DNA of 24,570 nt from Macrostomum lignano. Taxonomy: Eukaryota. Positions 1 through 24,570 of this stretch are shown here, in pieces; positions within the stretch are counted from its first letter, which is position 1; the number at the start of each line of letters is the position of its first letter. The stretch covers positions 1 through 24,570 of the forward strand of contig NIVC01000883.1 in the NCBI GenBank assembly GCA_002269645.1. The letters run 5' to 3'. A program made the position numbers and the translations under genes. The notes under the pieces were generated by a model. The model saw only the letters and a program-made list of their open reading frames with translations. It made no database searches and was not told where the DNA came from.

Positions 1-122
1 TCACAGAAGGAAAGGCAGCCCAGGCAAGCCCGCGGCGGCGTCGCAGGTCCTCGCGAGCGGTCTGGAACCAGACCGCCGAGCGTAGACGAACTGCTGACAT
101 CGCGGAGTTCGGTCGCCTGCCC

Positions 123-1876
123 GTCAGGAACTATAGATTCGGGTGTCAGGAACTATAGATTCGGCTGTCAGGAACTATAGACTCAGGTGTCAGGAACTAT
201 AGATTCCAGGTGTCAGGAACTATAGATTCGGGTTTCAGGAACTATAGATTCGGGTGTCAGGAACTATTAGATTCGGGTGTCAGGAACTATAATTCGGGTG
301 TCAGGAACTATAGATTCGGGTGTCAGGAACTATAGATTCGGGTGTCAGGAACTATAGATTCGGCTGTCAGGAACTATAGATTCGAGTGTCAGTATAGATT
401 CGCGGTGTCAGGAACTATAGATTCGGGTGTCAGGAACTATAGATTCGGTGTCAGGAACTATAGATTCGGGCTGTCAGGAACTATAGATTCGGATGTCAGG
501 AACTATAGACTCCAGGTGTCAGGAACTATAGATTCGTGTGTCAGGAACTATAGATTCGGTTGTCAGGAACTATAGATTCGGCTGTCAGGAACTATAGATT
601 CGGCTGTCAGGAACTATAGATTCGAGTGTCAGTATAGATTCGGGTGTCAGGAACTATAGATTCGGGTGTCAGGAACTATAGATTCGGTTGTCAGGAACAA
701 TAGATTTGGTGTCAGGAACTATAGATTCAGCTGTCAGGAAATATATATTCGGCTGTCAGGAACTATAGATTCCAGGTGTCAGGAACTATAGATTCGGGTT
801 TCAGGAACTATAGATTCGGGTGACAGGAACTATAGATTCGGGTGTCAGGAACTATAGATTCGGTGTCAGGAACTATAGATTCGGCTGTCAGGAACTTTAG
901 ATTCGAGTGTCAGTATAGATTCGGGTGTCAGGAACTATAGATTCGGGTGTCAGGAATTATAGATTCGGGTGTCAGGAACTATAGATTCGGGTGTCAGGAA
1001 CTATAGATTCGGCTGTCAGGAACTATAGATTCGGGTGTCAGGAACTATAGATTCGGATGTCAGGAACTATAGACTCCAGGTGTCAGGAACTATAGATTCG
1101 GTTGTCAGGAACTATAGATTCGGTTGTCAGGAACTATAGATTCGGCTGTCAGGAACTATAGATTCGGGTGTCAGGAACTATAGATTCGGATGTCAGGAAC
1201 TATAGACTCCAGGTGTCAGGAACTATAGATTCGGTTGTCAGGATCTATAGATTCGGTTGTCAGGAACTATAGATTCGGCTGTCAGGAACTATAGATTCGG
1301 CTGTCAGGAACTATAGATTCGAGTGTCAGTATAGATTCGGGTGTCAGGAACTATAGATTCGGGTGTCAGGAACTATAGATTCGGTTGTCAGGAACAATAG
1401 ATTTGGTGTCAGGAACTATAGATTCGGCTGTCAGGAACTATAGACTCCAGGTGTCAGGAACTATAGATTCCAGGTGTCAGGAACTATAGATTCGGGTTTC
1501 AGGAACTATAGATTCGGGTGTCAGGAACTATAGATTCCAGGTGTCAGGAACTATAGATTCGGGTGTCAGGAACTATAGATTCGGGTGTCAGGAACTATAG
1601 ATTCGAGTGTCAGTATAGATTCGGGTGTCAGGAACTATAGATTATAGGTGTCAGGAACTATAGATTCGGCTGTCAGGAAATATAAATTCGGCTGTCAGGA
1701 AATATAGATTCGAGTGTCAGGAACTATAGATTCGAGTGTCAGGAACTATAGATTCGGGTGTCAGGAATTACAGATTCGGCTATCAGGAAATATAGATTTA
1801 GGGTGTCAGAAACTATAGATTCGGCTGTCAGGAACTATAGATTAGGGTGTCAGGAACTATAGATTCGGGTGTCAGG
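123..1876. repeat. 22-bp minisatellite, consensus GTCAGGAACTATAGATTCGGGT, about 80 copies
   Basis: Head-to-tail units (GTCAGG at 123, 145, ...) with recurring variants (GGCT, GGTT, GGAT, GAGT, CCAGGT, and an 18-bp unit lacking GAAC). No unique spacers. Units decay toward the right edge. Confidence 0.97.
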
Positions 1877-2207
1877 GCATACATTTTTGAATCTTGAATT
1901 CGGGAGAGCAGCCGACAAGGGCGCAAGCGAGAGCTCAGGCTGAGCTGTCTGACTGGCTGCCTCTCAGCGCACGGATCTCGGGCACTTTTCTCCTCCCATC
2001 GGCAATTTTCGTGATTAACTCTTTCCACTCTTCTTTTGCCTCATCCGGGAAAATTTTGTGGCGGAGGCCCAGAAAAGGAAGCAGGGGACTGACTGGGATG
2101 CAGCTCCCTTGGCTGGATTGGGGGGGGGATTGGCGGGCGTGCCGCAGAGCAGCGACTTTTCAAGCGCCGGAAAAGGGGCGTTCTTTTATTCAATTGAGGG
2201 TCGCCCA

Positions 2208-12659
<10,452 letters not shown>

Positions 12660-12873
12660 AACTGCAACTAGTGGCCTGCCTGGCGACTCAATTTTCTCAG
12701 TTCTCAAAGTTCTCAGTGCTCTGTTTTAATTTAATATTTGTTCTCAATTCTACGGGCGTAAATAACTTATTTGTTGAACTTTTCAAGATGCTTATTCATA
12801 CACTTCTACGCTCTAAATCTGTTTTTCTATAGCACCTAACATCTTTAATATTTTTTGTGCAAGGCTTTAAGCT

Positions 12874-12984
12874 GCCAATCTTTAACCAATCAGCGTGCTT
12901 CAACTCACGTTTTTAACTAATTATGCGTACACATCTTTACTCAACACTGCTCAGTGCACCCCCAAAAGTCGCATATATATATAT
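12874..12984 (+). promoter_or_regulatory. Candidate Pol II promoter in the direct repeat (two CCAAT boxes plus a TATA-like (AT)6); second copy at about 14203-14313
   Basis: GCCAATC at 12874, AACCAATCAG at 12884-12893 and (AT)6 at 12973-12984, all upstream of the ribozyme. Motif match only. Confidence 0.25.
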
Positions 12985-13032
12985 TGAAATTATGTTACAA
13001 TAACTTCACTGCCAATATATTTGTTTTAAACC

Positions 13033-13088
13033 CGAATAAATAAACCCTGACGAAGGCCCAGTCTGGGCCGAAATATCGGTTTTTTTCG
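13033..13088 (+). ncRNA. Minimal type I hammerhead ribozyme, copy 1; predicted cleavage after C13077
   Basis: Core CUGACGA at 13047-13053 plus one extra A. Stem II GGCCCA/UGGGCC (13055-13069, loop GUC). GAAA at 13070-13073, palindromic AUAU in place of stem III, AUC cleavage triplet. Stem I AAACC/GGUUU with distal CGAA/UUCG. Confidence 0.88.
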
Positions 13089-13153
13089 AACATTCGACAA
13101 CTGGTAACCTTCAATATCTTCCGAGTGCGTGGTTTGCAGTTTCAAACTGCCTT

Positions 13154-14161
13154 ATGAATATCTGTACCCAGGACCGGACTATTATTGAGGCTCGCCATGT
13201 TTGTCAACAAAATATCTTCGTATACGAGCTATTCTCCGCCAAAAATCTACTTGGGATAAGCAAGAGTACTATTTCTGCAGCTGAATATTTAAGACGCACG
13301 ACACTACTACGACTACGGCTACGACTACGACTGTACTACTACTACTCTACTACCACTACTACTACTACTGCAACTACTAGTGCTACTACTACTGAAAATC
13401 TAGCTTCAACTGATCCGCAGTGCCCAGTCGCCTGTGACCAGGGGCTGTGCAGGCGGCGATCTGTGACCAGACGCCGCCAACTGCGACTAGTGGCCTGCCT
13501 GGCTACTTCAAATAACTGCTTACCAGTACGTCTCTACTACGACTACGCCTACGACTGCTCTACTACTACTCTACTAATACTTGTACTACTACTACTTCCA
13601 TTACTACTACTACGAGCTACTACTGCAACTACTAGTGCTACTACTACTGATAATCTAGCTTCAACTGATCCGCAGTGCCCAGTCGCCTGTGACCAGGGGC
13701 TGTGCAGGCGGCGATCTGTGACCAGACGCCGCCAACTGCGACTAGTGGCCTGCCTGGCTACTTCAAATAACTGCTTACCAGTACGTCTCTACTACGACTA
13801 CGCCTACGACTGCTCTACTACTACTCTACTAATACTTGTACTACTACTACTTCCATTACTACTACTACGAGCTACTACTGCAACTACTAGTGCTACTACT
13901 ACTGATAATCTAGCCTCAACTGATCTGCAGTGCCCAGTCGCCTGTGACCAGGGGCTGTGCAGGCGGCGATCTGTGACCAGACGCCGCCAACTGCAACTAG
14001 TGGCCTGCCTGGCGACTCAATTTTCTCAGTTCTCAAAGTTCTCAGTGCTCTGTTTTAATTTAATATTTGTTCTCAATTCTACGGGCGTAAATAACTTATT
14101 TGTTGAACTTTTCAAGATGCTTATTCATACACTTCTACGCTCTAAATCTGTTTTTCTATAG
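13154..14161 (+). CDS. Hypothetical 335-aa ORF inside the element, built largely from the 85-codon tandem unit and Thr/Leu low-complexity sequence
   Basis: True ATG at 13154, lying wholly between the two ribozyme cut sites. No recognisable domain; much of its length is explained by repeats. Confidence 0.15.
   Translation: MNICTQDRTIIEARHVCQQNIFVYELFSAKNLLGISKSTISAAEYLRRTTLLRLRLRLRLYYYYSTTTTTTTATTSATTTENLASTDPQCPVACDQGLCRRRSVTRRRQLRLVACLATSNNCLPVRLYYDYAYDCSTTTLLILVLLLLPLLLLRATTATTSATTTDNLASTDPQCPVACDQGLCRRRSVTRRRQLRLVACLATSNNCLPVRLYYDYAYDCSTTTLLILVLLLLPLLLLRATTATTSATTTDNLASTDLQCPVACDQGLCRRRSVTRRRQLQLVACLATQFSQFSKFSVLCFNLIFVLNSTGVNNLFVELFKMLIHTLLRSKSVFL
13303..13393. repeat. Imperfect (CTA/ACT)n trinucleotide tract
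   Basis: ACTACTACGACTACGGCTACGACTACGACTGTACTACT...; related tracts recur in each 255-bp unit. Confidence 0.85.
13362..14013 (+). repeat. Internal 255-bp tandem repeat, about 2.56 copies
   Basis: GCAACTACTAG at 13370, 13625 and 13880 (spacing 255). Copies are nearly identical. The last 25 bp overlap the start of the right direct repeat. Confidence 0.95.
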
Positions 14162-14488
14162 CACCTAACATCTTTAATATTTTTTGTGCAAGGCTTTAAG
14201 CTGCCAATCTTTAACCAATCAGCGTGCTTCAACTCACGTTTTTAACTAATTATGCGTACACATCTTTACTCAACACTGCTCAGTGCACCCCCAAAAGTCG
14301 CATATATATATATTGAAATTATGTTACAATAACTTCACTGCCAATATATTTGTTTTTAAACCCGAATAAATAAACCCTGACGAAGGCCCAGTCTGGGCCG
14401 AAATATCGGTTTTTTTCGAACATTCGACAACTGGTAACCTTCAATATCTTCCGAGTGCGTGGTTTGCAGTTTCAAACTGCCTTATGAA

Positions 14489-14493
<5 letters not shown>
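13989..14493 (+). repeat. Right direct repeat (pseudo-LTR), 505 bp
   Basis: Copy of 12660-13163. Its last 5 nt (TATCT) are shared with the downstream array. Confidence 0.96.
14363..14418 (+). ncRNA. Minimal type I hammerhead ribozyme, copy 2; predicted cleavage after C14407
   Basis: Identical to 13033-13088 at an offset of +1330. Confidence 0.88.
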
Positions 14494-22844
<8,351 letters not shown>

Positions 22845-23156
22845 ACCTATTTTTAGTGTGAACTGATCCTGACCCTCTTTTAGACATATTACCCCAGTCA
22901 TTATCTGTCCAAAATTATTTACGCTTGAGCTCAAGCTCACCAGGATATACTCAGAATCTCTCATCATCTCCCATAACTCAAATGACTCAAATCTTTAGTT
23001 TGAGCTCAATGAAGCGAATTGAACACTCGAGCAGAGATTCGATCCTCGCTTCGTTTTAAAAGCCGGCTGGTTGTCCGAGTCGATGCGTCTGCTATCGGTG
23101 CATAACTTTATCGTGAGAAAATTCCCAGGATAAAAATAAACCAAAGTCCGACAAAA

Positions 23157-23157
<1 letters not shown>

Positions 23158-23201
<44 letters not shown>

Positions 23202-23202
23202 C

Positions 23203-23233
<31 letters not shown>

Positions 23234-23248
23234 CACAGACAGACACTA

Positions 23249-23329
<81 letters not shown>
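23158..23329. repeat. (GACA)n microsatellite, about 43 units
   Basis: Direct reading; a few CACA, CTAA and AACA interruptions. Confidence 0.97.
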
Positions 23330-23360
23330 TAAACAAACATCTATCTATCCATCTATCAAT

Positions 23361-23410
23361 GACATAAACAGACATAAACAGACATAAACAGGCATTAACA
23401 GACATAAACA
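23361..23410. repeat. 10-bp tandem repeat GACATAAACA x5
   Basis: Four perfect units and one GGCATTAACA variant. Confidence 0.9.
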
Positions 23411-23437
23411 GATATCGTCTCCTTGCTCACCCCGCAG

Positions 23438-23558
23438 ACTCGGGAGCGGCAGAGGATGACCGGGAGCTCGCAGGCGGAGCAAGATTCGTCACGGTGCTGC
23501 TTGACGCCGAGGAATATCACGTGACCATTCTGGACGCTGAGACGGACCAGGATGAGGG
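23438..23558 (+). CDS. Candidate internal coding exon (121 nt, phase 1 to phase 2), peptide (x)SGAAEDDRELAGGARFVTVLLDAEEYHVTILDAETDQDE(G); possibly an RGK/Ras-like small GTPase segment
   Basis: Acceptor CTCACCCCGCAG ends at 23437 (branch-like CTCAC); donor GG|GTGAGC at 23559. Exactly one forward frame is open. GC-rich island between repeats. Family resemblance is from memory only. Confidence 0.45.
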
Positions 23559-23885
23559 GTGAGCCAGACATGCGTTTCGTGTGTTTTGAAATAATCGTTT
23601 TTTGTCGCCACCCCTGGATTGCCCCTGAAATGTAATCTAATATTCGAGCGTTCAGGTTCGAAATTGGATTTGTAGCGAGCCGGCGGCCGCCGTGTTCCGA
23701 GACGTCACGTGACTCCATCAATGGCGTCACCAGACACCCTGGGATGCGGGCAGACGGCTGAAAATTGAATTTTAGTCCCGCTTATGAAACATGGAAAACT
23801 GTGAATGCGGACGAGACTCAAAGACAGGCACCGCAAAAGAATATAGGGTTATAATCTAAAAAATGAATGAAGGGGTCATGGAAAC

Positions 23886-24570
23886 GACACACACAAGGCC
23901 ATAAAGAAGACACACACTGCCATACGAGTAAACAAAGACGTACACAAGGGCATAAAAAGACACACAAGGTCATAAATAAAGACATACACAAGGCCATAAA
24001 TAAAGAAGTCATAAATAAAGACATACACAAGGTCATAAATAAAGACATACACAAGGTCATAAATAAAGACATACACAAGGCCATAAATAAAGACATACAC
24101 AAGGTCATAAATAAAGACATACACAAGGCCATAAATAAAGACATAAAGCAAGGTCATAAATAACATACAAAGATGCATAAACAAGAAGGTCATAAATAAA
24201 CGACATACCACAAGTCATAAAAATAAAGACATACACAAGGCCATAAATAAAGACATCACAAGGTCATAAATAAAGACATACACAAGGCCATAAATAAAGA
24301 CATACACAAGGTCATAAATAAAGACATACACAAGGCCATAAATAAAGACATAAGCAAGGCTATAAATAAAGACCTACCCAAGGTCATAAATAAAGACATA
24401 CACAGGGCCATAAACAAAGACGTACACAAGGGGCATAAACAAGACATACACAAGGCCATAAATAAAGACATACACAAGGTCATAAACAAGACGTACACAA
24501 GGCCATAAACAAAGACATACACAAGGTCATAAACAAAGACGTACACAAGGGCATAAACAAGGACACACAC
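23886..24570. repeat. 24-bp minisatellite, consensus ACACAAGG(T/C)CATAAATAAAGACAT, about 28 copies, runs off the window
   Basis: Direct reading. Degenerate at the left edge; frequent alternation of GGTC and GGCC units. Confidence 0.95.

Larger units (their letters stand above)
12660..13163 (+). repeat. Left direct repeat (pseudo-LTR), 504 bp
   Basis: Runs AACTGCAACTAG...CTTATGAATATCT. Matches 13989-14493 except TTGTTTTAAA versus TTGTTTTTAAA. Confidence 0.96.

Noticed and set aside
123-1876. CRISPR array or long yeast-type telomeric repeat (GGGTGT core)
   Set aside because: No unique spacers and no cas genes. The array is heterogeneous and has non-repeat sequence on both sides. ORFs 342..575 and 1828..2028 derive wholly or partly from this repeat.
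1877-2207. Exon or promoter in the unique spacer
   Set aside because: A pyrimidine-rich tract and AG sites are present, but no convincing donor and no recognisable peptide in any forward frame.
13410-13510. HDV-like ribozyme in the GC-rich part of the 255-bp unit
   Set aside because: A P2/P4-like pairing and a CAA linker exist, but I could not place P1, P3/L3 or P1.1 in the required order.
23656-23761. Next exon after a 97-nt intron (CTAAT...TTCAG)
   Set aside because: The spliced frame gives GFEIGFVASRRPPC...ADG-stop with no GTPase-like continuation and no support beyond the short motif.
22995-24570. Short ORFs on both strands
   Set aside because: Translations of the GACA and 24-bp repeats. 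The 111-aa minus-strand ORF (23395..23730) has a non-ATG start, no recognisable domain, and overlaps the better-supported + strand exon.

Overview
Eukaryotic, repeat-dominated window; no prokaryotic genes, RNA genes or CRISPR. About 77% is two giant (TCTA)n/(GATA)n microsatellite arrays (2208-12659, 14489-22843). Between them sits a 1,834-bp insert (12660-14493) that is about 1.38 copies of a 1,330-nt unit. Its ~504-bp direct repeats differ by one T, and each carries a minimal type I hammerhead ribozyme on the + strand (CUGACGA-A / GGCCCA-GUC-UGGGCC / GAAAUAUC, predicted cuts after 13077 and 14407). The insert encodes no RT or endonuclease, so it looks like a non-autonomous Penelope-like element or retrozyme inserted into the (GATA)n array; its 3' end merges with the array through TATCT microhomology. 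The flanks hold a 22-bp minisatellite (123-1876), a (GACA)n tract, a 10-bp repeat, a 24-bp minisatellite (23886 to the window end) and one plausible 121-nt spliced coding exon (23438-23558) whose peptide resembles the beta2-beta3 region of RGK/Ras-like GTPases. The four multi-kb ORFs are artefacts of the stop-free repeat. All coordinates were read by eye and no database search was possible.
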